Notes under the pieces: generated by a model
Databases searched by the model: none
Told to the model about the DNA's origin: nothing
Seen by the model: only the letters and a program-made list of their open reading frames with translations
Part shown: piece by piece, positions 37,101 through 49,223 of the stretch
How positions within the stretch are numbered: position 1 is the first letter of the stretch
How the letters are laid out: each line of letters starts with the position of its first letter
From: Cyanophora paradoxa CCMP329
Lineage: Eukaryota > Plantae > Glaucophyta
NCBI GenBank assembly: GCA_004431415.1
Contig: QPMI01000542.1
Coordinates: 372,001 to 436,000 of the forward strand
Direction of reading: 5' to 3'
DNA length: 64,000 bases
Position numbers and translations under genes: made by a program

Positions 37101-40100
37101 AGCAAGTTTCGGGCGTGAAAGGGGATGCGAACAGCCTGGATGCGGTGCACGCGAAGCTGACGGGGCGCACGGTCCGCTGCGCCTCTGTCGCGCCGCTCGT
37201 TTATTTTCGCCGGCTCTCGCTGACCGACATCCAGGTGCCAGCAGATAGCAAGGACATCCTGAAAGAGTCCGGCGCAGACGAGGTCTTTCGGCAGGCGAAT
37301 GAGGAATTCGTCGCTCAGCGCGCCGGCGTCTGGAGCTCGGTACACGTCCTCGTTCCCGTGCAATTAATTTCTCTCCATCGTGTTTTCGTGCTCAATTCGA
37401 GTCCGGTCCGGTGCACGTGCAGGCCAAAAATCTCCAGACGGTTCCTTCGAATCCGAGCAACCTCGAGAGCGGGGACTCGGATGGGGATGTGGAGGGTGCC
37501 ACAAACGGGAGTTCAACTATTACAAGTTCAGAACTGCTCCGATGGCAAGGTGCAGCTGCACAGGGCGCCGAGCAGCTGGCCCGCGAGATCCCACGAGCGC
37601 CGACCACAGCGGACGAGCTTCGAGTAGGCTCTCTTTGATTTTTGAACGGAGAGATATAGCCTAAGGTGGCTTAGGCGGTGTGGCTTACGATCAGGTGGAT
37701 ATAGACTGAGGTGCAAGTCGGGCAGATCTAGAGTCTCAACTCTTCCGCCACACCCAAGCCACCTTAGGCTATAAATCTCTCTCCTCTAACAATATCAGCC
37801 ACCTTCGGCTTCGGGTGGCCTCTAGATCTCTTTTATTTTGAGCGCGCTTAATTATTATAAGCTTGCGGTTGGTTCGCCCCCGATCCGCGGCTGATTCCTC
37901 GCGCGCGCCCTGCAGGGGGCGATGCTCGCTGCAGCACGGATTACCGTCGAAAACTTACTGCCTCGATTGAAGGGCGGGAGACGACGCAGCAAGTCGCTGC
38001 GCTCTTACGCGTACAGCTGCTTCGCTTCGTGGCATTCGGTGAGCAGCCCGAGAAGACAACCGTCCTCGCTGAGCCTCTGTCTCGGGTCTCGTGACACGCG
38101 CGCTGCAGCTCGTCGCGGGGACTCCGCAGGGCCCCGAGAGCAGCGCGGCCGCCGTCTTCTTCCGCCTCACCGGCTCGCGGGCGCGCCAAATTAAAGCTTT
38201 GCGGGCTCGCTGTGCCTCTGGCGCTCTTGATCTCGGGCCTGACGTGGACGCGCGCGCGGGGCAGAAAACCGAACTGCAACTCTGGCGGGAGATGGGGGCC
38301 GCTCGACTCTGGCAGGACGCTGCCCGCAATCACACTAGGGACTGGCTGGCGAACTCGAGTGCGCCAGCGCGCGCTCCCGGCACCGAGGATCCGGATTCGT
38401 CCGCGGCCAGCGCTACAGCTAGCGCTGGGCCCTCCGGATCTCTCGCGCCGTCCGGCCCCTCCGCTCCTTCAAATTCAGGCCTCCCCCCGGACTTGTCGCC
38501 CCTCCTCGTCCATCCCGCCCCCGCCAGCTGCAGGCCCGCCCCAGACCCTGCTCCCTTCGCCCTTCCGTCTTCTTCGTCTGGCCTATGGCCACCGCCCAAC
38601 GCGGCCGGAGCTCCCCTTTCGGATCCCTCCCCGGCTCCACTCCTCAGCCATCCAACTCCGGTCCCCCCTCCGCCCCCCGCTTTCCCGCCCCCCAACCCTT
38701 CCACTCCCAGCCCGCCTGCCTCGCCCGGCGCATCTGCGCCGGCGGCTGCAGCTGGCGCGTCGATGCCGTCCTCGGCCGCGGGGCCTGCGCCCTTGGTGCG
38801 CACCCGGACCCGACGCAGCATTCTCGTCTTCGGGTCGACTTAAGCTTCCGGGTCCAACCGCAGCCCGAGCTTCCCCGTGGACAAGGCTCCGTCCCCGGCC
38901 GGCCGGCCCCGACCGACACCTGTGCGGAGGGCGCCGCGCTGCTCCCGGATCACGAGCAGCTGGCGCGCGAGGTGCCGCAGGCTCCGACCACGCTGGAGGA
39001 ACTCCGGGTGCGTTTCTTCTTCGATCCCGGGCACATTTCGTCGATCCCGAGCGCCTTTTTTCGATCCCGAGCGCCTTTCTTTGGCAGAGCGCGATCCTGG
39101 CGGCCGCCCGCGTTACGGTCGAGCAGGCGAGGCGGGAGCGGGCCCTGGGCGCGACCGCGGGCGGGGGCGCCGGGGTGCCCGGTCAGACCCTGCGCCGCCG
39201 CGCGGTCCTGTGCTTCACCGCCTGGCTCGCGGTGAGGCAGAATCGACTCTACATTGAATTCCGCTCATTTCGTTCTTGTCCTCGGTCACGCCGTGACGCG
39301 CGCGCGTGCCCAGCTCGTGACCGGCCGCCCGTCGCCTTCGAGAAACGAGGACGCGACGGCCTACATCCACCACCGCCTGACCGGCCTCCAGGTCCGCTTT
39401 ACAAACTAAATTCGCTTTGCTTTACCAGTTCCACCAAGCTGAAGGCTGAAGCTTTACTCACGCGCGCCGCGCGCCGCGGCCCGGCCGGCGCGCGCAGGTG
39501 AAAGGCAAAAGGCTTTGGGAGGAGGCGGGGGCCGTCCCGATCCTGGAGGAGGGCGCCGCCGAGATCTGCGCGGAGAAGGCGAAGCAGAAGGCGCAGAGGG
39601 CGAAGGCGGGCAGCGCGGGGGGCCGCCCGCGCCCCCCCGACCCTAGGCCTAGGCCTCCCCCGCCGCAGGGCGGGCAGCTGCAGGACCACGTGCACGGCCA
39701 GAAGCGCAAGCGCGACGTGCGCGGCAGCGACGCCGTCGCCCTCGTCGGCGGGCCGGGCCCGGGGCCCCCTTCAAAGCGGCCCTCGAGCTCCAGCTCCGGC
39801 CGCCCTCCAGATCTCGAGGGGCACGCCGCAGCCGGCGTACGCGGCCGGCCCGGCGCCGGCGCCGGCACCGCGTCCGCGGATCCACCCCCGTCAGGCGCCG
39901 GGCCGTACCCCGCCCCGGCTGGCCCCTCCGGCGCTCCGCGGCCGCCGGGCCACTGGGCGCCGGCGCCTTCCAACCCGTACCCGTTCCACAGCGCTCCCGC
40001 CCACTACGCTCCCGCCGCAGCCCACGCCCCGCACTGGCACGGGACAAGTAATTGGCCCGGCGCGCGCGCACCCCCCTTTCCCTATCCCGCCCCCGCCCTT

Positions 40101-40403
40101 GGCCTGCGCATGCGTACCCCGCGCACCAGCGGCCGGCTCTTGCCCCTCCACTATGGCCCGGGCATGTACATGTCGCCCCCGGCCTCAGGCTGCCCCCGCG
40201 CCAGCCGCCGCCGCCTCTCCGGACCCCACCCGCCTGGCCGGCCGCCCCCCGGGCCCCGTCCCCCTCGGCCCCCCCCGCAGAGGACCTCCTGGGGCTCCTG
40301 GGCCTCCTCCTCGGCAGCGCCCCCGGCCGCATGCATATGCAGCCAGGGCCCCGTCGATAGATTATCGGCGCTGTTGAAGAACAACTTTGGCAGAAACAAA
40401 TGA
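34178..40403 (+). CDS. Multi-exon hypothetical protein with repeated modules ending in F-x-x-W and a Pro-rich C terminus
   Basis: ATG at 34178 (MSLPGDEEG|YLSPLGSPILDGDDDEE). Exons end in LRQQFAAWHR, LQARFADWYR, FSCFFGWHA, YSCFASWHS and VLCFTAWLA, each followed by a GT donor. The terminal ORF stops at 40403; its 3' frame is uncertain. Confidence 0.6.
37655..37773. repeat. Intronic inverted repeat of the gccacacctaagccaccttaggctat motif
   Basis: tatagcctaaggtggcttaggcggtgtggc ... gccacacccaagccaccttaggctata. This is the same motif as the unit of the 57335-57850 array. Confidence 0.7.
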
Positions 40404-40445
40404 CTACGTATACCAACGAATTCGAACTCGTGTGTGTCCCCCGGG

Positions 40446-40509
40446 CCCTGGGCAGCCCCCGCAGTGCTCGTGTGACAGTGGTGTGACACTGGTGTCTAGT
40501 GTCTAGAGA
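40446..40509 (+). mobile_element. Short degenerate fragment of the family B 3' end
   Basis: ccctgggcagcccccgcagtgct...ctggtgtctag...agagac matches 33801-33836 with internal stutters. Confidence 0.55.
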
Positions 40510-41038
40510 CCCCGTCGATAGATTATCGTCGATAGATTATCAACGCTGTTAAAGAAAGAGACAACTTGGCAAATAATAGCTGTCGACGCTTTTGAACTCG
40601 GAAGAGCTTTTACGCTATTGGGGGTTTCATGGCATATCCAAATGTATAAAGCCCAAATTTTTAAACATGCGGCAAGCCGCTGAGACAAATGCACGCCCAA
40701 ACTAAAGCAGGCCTCTGGTAGGTACCCCGGTCGACGTCCAATCCGGATCCTTCAAGATTCATGATCATTCACGAACGCAAATTTAAAGGCCGGTTATCTG
40801 CGCGCACACGCAATTCTCGCAACTTTAGATTGCGCTGATATCAATTTGGCAAAATGTTCTTGACGGTTTCGTTCGAATTCGTACATGTTCGAACTACGTT
40901 AAAGCTAAGACTCTGAGAGCGGGCCCGGGGCAGCGCTAGCATTAATATTGCTGCGGTTGAGGAGGCGCCGCCCGCCGTCTGAGCCGGGTCCGAAGAGCTG
41001 CTCCCGCGCCCGCCGCCCCGCGTCCCGCACCCAGTCTC

Positions 41039-42240
41039 TTTTTTTTTTGCAAAAGTGGACGTCGCATTGATACACCACGGCACATGTATCAATGTTCTAC
41101 GTGACGTGCCCTTCCGACCGGTCATCTATCTAGCCGAGGGTGCTAGCTAGGTGCCGGCCATGGGTCGCTCAATATGGGAGGTTCGCCTGAGTGGGGGAGC
41201 CATGGTTTTCGGTGATAGCCGTAACCAGACCCACGCGCCCACCCCTTGATCAACTCCTCCATCCCTCATGAGCCCTGGAAGTGAGATGTCTCGCAGTCCG
41301 CCGCCCTCCCTTGCCGCCGCTCCGCCACGCCTCCTCCTCCCCACTCCGCCTCCTCCCTCCTCCTCACCTGCGCCCCAGGACCCGATTAATCGGTGTCCCG
41401 TTTTGTCGAGGTGAAGAAGGTGGTAGGAGGAAGATATGAGGAAGGAGAGGGAGTGGGCGGAGGCAGCAGCTTGGGCGGGCAGCGGATGCGGGGCAAGGCA
41501 GGGAGAGGTGCCGGGACGGCAGAGTGGAGAGAGCGTGGGCACTGACAGGCGACGCAGAGAGCTGGGAGTGCGGAGACGAGGCGGGCCGCGAGGGGTCGGG
41601 AGGGGTCGACCGGGTTAGAGGGGGGGGCCGAGGCCAGGGGGGTGGCCGAAGCCATGGGGTTGGCCGAAGCCAGGGGGGTGGCCGAAGCCGATCGGGTGGC
41701 CGAAGCCAAAGGGGGGGCCGAGGCCATTGGGGGGGCCGAAGCCATAGGGGTGGCCGGAGCCAGCGGGGGGTCTGACACTTGAGGGCCGGTTGGGGCCGGG
41801 GGGGAGACCGTAGGGGGCCGAGGGGCATGCGCAGCGTCTTGCGAGGTCCCGAGCGGGGGGGTCAGCTGAAGCGAGGGGGGGGAGGGGGAGTTGGCTGCTT
41901 GCAGCGTCGTAAGTGGTTTGTACACTCCGGGTGCAAAGAGGGACGTGATTGTGGGTTGCCCCGTGGGTATCGGCACCGTTCGCGCTTTTTTGGTCATGCG
42001 CCTGGGAGTCTTGCGGCCGGTTGCCTTTCTTTTCGCCGTAGGTACGGGCGGGGCGGGTGTAGAGGCGGGAGGGGGAGGGGTCGCGGGGCGCGGGCATTTG
42101 GGTGCCGGGGCGGAGGGGGTATCGGCTGTCCGTTTACGTGAGGCAGGCAACGGGCGTGTTCGTTTCGGGGGAGGGGCCAGGGGGGGCCCCGGAGCGGGGC
42201 GTTTGGAAGGTTGGGTAGTGTTCGTAGGACCCGCGGGCGA
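41039..42240 (-). mobile_element. Non-LTR family C, 1.2-kb 5'-truncated copy with poly(A) and a 17-bp TSD
   Basis: TSD gtcccgcacccagtctc at 41022-41038 and 42241-42257. T10 at 41039-41048. A basic Pro-rich ORF tail runs to a stop at 41386, and 18-bp tandem repeats lie at about 41620-41770. Confidence 0.9.
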
Positions 42241-44789
42241 GTCCCGCACCCAGTCTCGGACCTTTTCGACGATGCATAAGAGAGAAAGAACGAAAGATTG
42301 AGTTTAGAAAAGATTCGAACGCACAGCGATGGCCACCCGCAGGCACAAGAGGACGGCAAACGCCCCGCGGAAGAGGACGGGCGCGGCAGCGGGCCCGCCG
42401 ACGCGGAGCACGCCCCACGCGGCAGCAAAGAGGAGCGAGGCGGCGGCGAGCAGGGCGAGCCAGGCGCGGGGCGGCGGGAAGCCTTCGGCGAAGCGCCGCA
42501 GGAGGCGGTGGCCGGATCGCCCCAGGACGACCCCCCCGACGGGCGTTCGGAGGGCCCGCTGTCGGCGTTTATAATTACGTTGCGCCATCATACATGATCA
42601 TGATAATCAGAGAGAATCAGAGGAGGAATAACGTTACGCGCACGATGATGAGGAGTCCCAGAAGGAACATCAAGGCCCAGATGCCAACGGTATCATCCGC
42701 GGTATCCTGTCCGTGCACGTGCACGTGGCGGGGACTGCGTCAGACGCAACTGCGAGATTGCGCGCTGATCTAGAAACAGAGCGGTGCAGACCCCAGAGAG
42801 CTCCAGAGCGGGTGATATTGCCTTGGCGAAGAAGGCCCCGAGAACCGCGGGAACCCAGGCACGGGTCGCGAAGATGAAGATAATGACAAGTGGTGTCCTC
42901 TGCAAAATTAAAGACGGTCAGATAACTATTTAATTAGAAATCGGTTCAGCGGACCACCAAGAGATCAAACAGAACACGGAACAGCCCGGACATGTTGGCC
43001 TCGCCCTGTGCGTGATTAGTATTCGTCACAATAATCAAAGAGAGATCTAGAGCGCCTAGTCGCAATATTTACATTGCAACTCCGATCCAGGCAAACAAGA
43101 ACTTTAATTCGGATGTGCACCTTAATATAGCGGTTTACCCAGCCGAAAAGCGGGCCAAAAACGGAGAGGACACGAAGCAGAAGGGAAAGGTACATGGTAG
43201 CGTCTAGGTCGCAGCACGCCCGCGTTCCGGAACCGCAGAAAAGGAAGCGAGCAATGTTCACTGCGAAAAGCTCGAAGTCAACGTTCGTCCAGCTATAGGT
43301 ATACGCATTGCTATGTCAGAAACTCAGGTATCACAAGAATTAAATACAGGGCATACCGATTATTGAGGTGGCGGCAATCATGTTGCTGAAGCAAACGAAG
43401 AGCAGCGCGGCCGACGTAACGAAAGCCAGTCCCTTCGCTGCAAGCCCTGAGTTCGTCCCGCCGAGCCGTTGAAGAGGGGGATACCGCAGCAGGAGGCTGT
43501 TTATATTTTATATTAATATTTATATAATTACGAGTAAGAGAGATGCAACCCAACAAGCGGGAAAATCAAAGCAGACCGAGCAGGCCGGGAGGAGAATTTG
43601 AGGATGGCGCGGGACAACGAATACCCCAGCAGAGGCTGGTACACCGTCCAGTGACGATAAACCAGATACCATTCCGCAGTGAGCTGCGACCGGTCGCGAG
43701 CGCAAATCCAAAGCGGCCCGATGCGAAAAAAGAAAACTTGAAAACTCGAACCAAATAACTGACACGGATCCGGAAGGGGAGGACCGCGCCGCGAAGGGCG
43801 GTGCTGCAGAGAGCAATGGCGCCGACTGCCTGCGGTGACGTCGACGGCGATGGCAATCCATTTAAATCAGACATCGGCCGGGGAACAGGATTGATATCGA
43901 ACGCAGATTTTTGCACAGATTTTCGGGGAGCGTATACGTACTGAGAAGGTGGTGGCAATGAACCCGGAGACGATGTGGGCGACGTGAGAAATACGAACCC
44001 GCTGTTTGAATGCGCCATATAAGTAATTAACGGTCGATGGCGCGCGGTTGTTGGGCGAAATTTATAATTATTATAATTACATATAAAATTAGAGCAGCTG
44101 TGGACCTCGGAGAGCGCGTTAATGCTGAAGGCCCCCGAAGGCGGGAAAACCCCTGCGAATCCCGGAGCTCGCGCGTCGATCAACTGTGAAAATCAAACAA
44201 AACAAATGTGAACAGCCAACGTCGCTCATGATCAAGATATCTGGATCTGCGCCGGACATGTGAAGAATGGTTTTTAACGCCACTCACCTCTTCGAGAGCC
44301 GTCACTGTCTTGCGAAAGGCATATCTGCGCGCGAAAAGGTTGCTCTAGCTGGATTTCGCTGAAGTGCATGCTGACGCACGCTACCAGAAACGTGCCCACG
44401 AAGTATTCTAAAAGTTTGAATTCCGCATGCGCATCGATCGCGATATTGGGAAGCTCGATGATTGTTAAGGCCAGACGCCCGTCGTCCCGCTTGAACAAGC
44501 AGTGGAAGAGAACAAGTCCAGAAGCAAGGCGAGTGTACTCCAGAAAAGCATCGACCCTGTGCGCATTCTGTGCCACACTTTGCCTCACTCTGCGCGTGAT
44601 CTGGTCTGTCAACGTTTATCTCGAGCTCTATGATGTTAACCGAGAATCTGGCCAGTCGCACGTGCCTTTTCCAGATGTACGTGATGCCAACCTTGAGGAG
44701 CCAGGCGAGAAGAGCGACGACCGCTCCAGCAATCCAGCACGAGGCCCCAAAGAGAGGGCCTCGAACGTTCGACGTCGATGCTTGGCCGC

Positions 44790-47700
44790 TGTCGCGGGCG
44801 CGATCGCGAGTTCGCGATCAACGTGGGGGCGTACCCGCCGCGGGCCTCGAGGGGGGGCCGGCCGCCGGGCGCGGCGTACCCGGTCCCGGAGGGGCCCCCG
44901 GCCCGGCACGTGTACGATGGCGCTGAAGGGCAGAGCATCGCTGGCGCTGAAGGGCAGAGCATCGCTGGCGCTGAAGGGCAGAGCATCGCTGGCGTTCAAG
45001 GGCAGAGCATCGCTGGCACTGCCAGGCTGCAGGCTACGTGTCAATAAATAGCTAGAAGGCAGTAGACTCGAGCAGACTTGTGGTTACCGGATAAGCTTGG
45101 CTTACGTGTACGTAGCAGCTGTAATTATTACTAAGTTAATACTAGCACTGCGGCTCGTGATTGCTGTGAGTCTGTGACTACGGGCCACTTGGAGCTTGGG
45201 CTGGCCTACGGTCGAGTGCATCGCAGGTACGTCCGTACACTGTTGTACGAGGTGTGGGTCTACGTCTCTCCCCTAGACGTGCGAGACGTGGCGGCACACG
45301 TTTGGGGGCTGCTCAAAAGTTCTCTCTAACTTGGACCTGGAGCTCGCCGAGTCGAGTTCGAGGGATCTTAAATATAAGCTTCCCTTGCGCGCGCGTTCCC
45401 TCACAGCGCGCCGTGAACTGATCTTGGGCCTTTCGCGCATTACCGTGATGCTATCATCTCGGCGACCCCTTGCTCGATCACGGGTGAGCGATCTCTGGGC
45501 ATCGCCGCGCACCCTTCTAAAAGATGCGTGCTTGTTTCTTCCGAATTCTACGGCCGCGGGCGCTGCGCGCCGATATATGGCGTCGAATTCGGACTCTCTT
45601 AAGGCGCATGCATATGCGCGCGCCGAGATGCTGTCCTGACATGGGCTCGTTCGGGGCGCGAGCGCAGCTGTTGCATCGCAGCTTGCGAGCGTACGCTTGA
45701 GCCGGAGCTGCAAAACTTCGCGTGGCGTGGCGCTGGTCGGGCTCGGAGCTGCGGGAGCGGGACCGCGGACGCGTACGGAGCTACAGCGCTAGCTGCGGGC
45801 TCTAGCTGTCGGCGTGTCGACGTTGACGTCGCGGGTGGCGTGCAATTAATATTGCAATCGATCGGGGCCGTCGCGGGCGGGCGCACACGTGCAGGCGAGC
45901 TCGAGGGGCCTGTCGGCGGCTGCCGGACGGTCGTGGGCGTGCGGGCGCGGTCGTGGGCGCGCGGGCGGCGTGAATCTCGGACGGCGAGCGGCGCGGGCCG
46001 GCCGCGCGCGCGCAAGGCCCTGGCAGGCTGCGAGCTCGGATTTGAGCACGGATCGGCGAGTGTCTTGCAGCGCTAGCTGCTGGGCCGGACGATCGCGGGG
46101 GCGCGCCGGCGGGCGCGGGGCGGACGGTGTACGCGTACGAGCACGTGCTAGCGATCGGCTGCGGGTCGATTTCGATTTATATCTCGATATCGATGGCGCG
46201 GACACGGCGATCCGGGGCGCGGGCTGCGGATGCGGCCGCGGCCGCAGCTGCTGCGGAGGAGGGGCTCGAGGCTGAGCGGGCTGAGTACGAACCCGTCGAG
46301 GGCGAGCTCGAGGGGCGGGATGACGGAGGCGAGCGGCAGGGGCTTGATCATGAGGCTGGGGCCGAGACCGCGTTGCTCCTGCGGGATGCGCTGGACGCGC
46401 TGAGGGTCGATATGAAGCAGCACACTCTTCGGCGCGAGTTGAACTCTCTCGCGGAGAATATTCCTGTCTTGTCGCAGGCGGGGCTTCTATCGTGGATAAT
46501 GTCGGTGGAGCGGCTGGGCACCTGGTCTGTGCGGTCGCCGAAATATTCTGACCCTGATACTGTCTTGGCGGAGCTCGCGGTGTCAGCTCTACAACGAGGC
46601 GCAATTGATCCTGTTGGTGGAGCCTTCAACGCTGCTGTGCTGGGGGCGATGTCAACTAAGTCGGACCTGGGCGTCTTGGATATGTCGTCGTGGACTCAGA
46701 TTCGTGCACATTTAATTGGCATGGTGCCTGGCAACAAGTTTGAGCTCCTACGTAATGTTGTGAAGTCGGCTGGCAACCATTTCTCAACTTTGGGCGACCC
46801 AACCGAGCTGGACGCTCAGTCTTTTGTGAACAGCGTCGTTGTATTTCGTCGTCTACTGCAGCTTGATTATTCGGACGAGATCCTCATCGCTGAAATGATG
46901 TCGGCTGATGTCATCACGTCGGTGGCGATGATGAAGCTCATCTGCAAAATTCCGAAGGCAGCTCGCCAGGATATTGTGGAATGGGGCAACGAATTCTTTC
47001 GGCGGGTGAAGTCGTTCAACGAACTTTCAATCAGGCTTCGACAGGCGAACGCGTTGTTGGCTGCAGCCGGGACCAGCTCGGCTCAGGTGGCAGCCGCGGC
47101 GAGCTCGGGATGTGAACCTGTAAATGCTGTCAACAGCGTCGGGTCAAAGCGCAAGGCGTCTGGCAGCGACGGTTCCGAGTCGGAGGACGATCGTGAGCAG
47201 GATCAGGATTCAAGCGACAATTATGACAGCAGTGACAGCGACGGGGATGATGATGCTGGGAATTTTGTTCAGCGGCGTGATGGCGGACGCTGGTGTGTGG
47301 AGTGCAAGAGCAGCTCGCACAACACCGACGTCTGCCGCTGGAAGCTTCAGCGCGAGCTGAAAGAATTGAAGGCGGAACGTGCGGCTTGGCAGCAGGAGGT
47401 TGGGCGGCGTCGAGGCTTTGGCAGCTCTGACGGCGGCCGCGGGCAGTCGTCGTGAATTCGAATATTTTAATTTTTCGGCGGTTTGGTCTCCGCCAGTTCA
47501 TGATCAAAAAGACCAGCGCGCGATGGCGTGGGGTGTCAGCTGCAGCTTCGCAAGCAAGGGCGCGCGGAGTCAGCTATGAATATTCGTTGATTTTGCAATT
47601 TGCAATCTGCAACTTCGAGGTGGTGCTTGCTTGCTTTCGGGACAGAAAGGAGAAGCACCAGTGCCAACGACGGCCTGCCTTCGGGACGGAAGGAGGCGTC

Positions 47701-49223
47701 GTGCCGATTATGTCCGGTGGACCGGCGTCCACAGCCGAGGCGCGGACCTGCCCGGGCCCTGATCAGGACGGGTTGAGGAGGGCGCCAATGACAGCTGGGT
47801 GGGACGGGGGACGTACGGCGGTTGAGGGCCGGGAGGGCTCGAGGTCGTCGTCCATCCGAACGTGACCGGGTCGGACCTGCATAAGACGGACGTGGGCTCA
47901 ACGTCTCGTCACCGCAGGTGGCAAATTTTAAAATCCGAGTGCGGCGGCGCTCGGTACTCGACGTCGGAGCACGCTCGAGCGCACCATCGCTCGGAGCAGG
48001 GCGTCCGCGGCGCATCATCGTCGCGGACTGAGGCCAGTGAGGCTTGGCGTCGGGTCCTTCCAGGCGCACCATCGTCTGGAAGAGGCATCTGTACGCATCA
48101 TCGTCGGATGCTGGAGTTTTGGAGGGGCCAACGGGAGGTCGAGCACAGCTTCACGCGTCGGGTGAGGCGGGGGACGCTCCAAACCATCTGACGTCGTTCG
48201 AGGCTAGTGCCGTCTTTCGTCTGTGCTCCTGACCCTGCGGCGGTGTGAGCAACCTCGGCGGACATTTTCGGTCTTCGGACTCGATGTGCAAGTGCACCTA
48301 CCGCCGGCGGACCCACAGCAACCGTCAATTTATCTGTGCGTCCGGCCGCTCATTTTATTCTCGGGTCGAAAATGGTGGAGGGTTTCGTAAGGCGGATTTG
48401 AGAACAAGAGCGGGAATTTTGGAAGTGCCCGTCGCGGCGGCGTCCGCGCTCTGAAGCACAGGATTCCCTCTTTTCTCGCCGTCTACAGATCCAGCCACAG
48501 GCCGGAGGGGCCAGACTCGCAAGACGTCGAGGGGCAGCGGCGTCTGCAGGGCCGACGTCGACTGCGGGTTACGAAGGGACGGAGCCGGTCGATGTCGTTG
48601 TTCGGCAGCTCACCCTTCTAAATTGTGGATATGTAAATATTCGGGGACTTTCGATTTGCTGCGGCGAACGTCGCGGGATGGACGCCGAGGACGGCTTTCT
48701 TGTGCTGCGGCGAATGTCGCGGGCGCGATCGCGAGTTCGCGATCAACGTGGGGGCGTACCCGCCGCGGGCCTCGAGGGGGGGCCGGCCGCCGGGCGCGGC
48801 GTACCCGGTCCCGGAGGGGCCCCCGGCCCGGCACGTGTACGATGGCGCTGAAGGGCAGAGCATCGCTGGCGCTGAAGGGCAGAGCATCGCTGGCGCTGAA
48901 GGGCAGAGCATCGCTGGCGTTCAAGGGCAGAGCATCGCTGGCACTGCCAGGCTGCAGGCTACGTGTCAATAAATAGCTAGAAGGCAGTAGACTCGAGCAG
49001 ACTTGTGGTTACCGGATAAGCTTGGCTTACGTGTACGTAGCAGCTGTAATTATTACTAAGTTAATACTAGCACTGCGGCTCGTGATTGCTGTGAGTCTGT
49101 GACTACGGGCCACTTGGAGCTTGGGCTGGCCTACGGTCGAGTGCATCGCAGGTACGTCCGTACACTGTTGTACGAGGTGTGGGTCTACGTCTCTCCCCTA
49201 GACGTGCGAGACGTGGCGGCACA
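44790..49223 (+). mobile_element. Non-autonomous, gag-only LTR retrotransposon
   Basis: 509-bp direct repeats at 44790-45298 and 48715-49223, TG...CA, identical by eye. 4-bp TSD ccgc at 44786-44789 and 49224-49227. Candidate PBS tgggggctgctc at 45303-45314. Each LTR holds about four 24-bp tandem repeats. No pol motifs were seen. Confidence 0.92.
46193..47455 (+). CDS. gag: Gag-like protein with a CCHC zinc knuckle
   Basis: Intronless ORF inside the LTR element, with ATG at 46193 (MARTRRS). CVECKSSSHNTDVC fits C-x2-C-x4-H-x4-C near the C terminus. Confidence 0.82.
   Translation: MARTRRSGARAADAAAAAAAAEEGLEAERAEYEPVEGELEGRDDGGERQGLDHEAGAETALLLRDALDALRVDMKQHTLRRELNSLAENIPVLSQAGLLSWIMSVERLGTWSVRSPKYSDPDTVLAELAVSALQRGAIDPVGGAFNAAVLGAMSTKSDLGVLDMSSWTQIRAHLIGMVPGNKFELLRNVVKSAGNHFSTLGDPTELDAQSFVNSVVVFRRLLQLDYSDEILIAEMMSADVITSVAMMKLICKIPKAARQDIVEWGNEFFRRVKSFNELSIRLRQANALLAAAGTSSAQVAAAASSGCEPVNAVNSVGSKRKASGSDGSESEDDREQDQDSSDNYDSSDSDGDDDAGNFVQRRDGGRWCVECKSSSHNTDVCRWKLQRELKELKAERAAWQQEVGRRRGFGSSDGGRGQSS

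Noticed and set aside
34660-39240. Sfi1 orthologue
   Set aside because: Sfi1 repeats are closely spaced, roughly every 23-35 residues and in large numbers. Here only six FxxW motifs occur, far apart.
47456-48714. pol remnant downstream of gag
   Set aside because: No protease D(S/T)G, RT YxDD, RNase H or integrase motifs were recognised in the listed frames.
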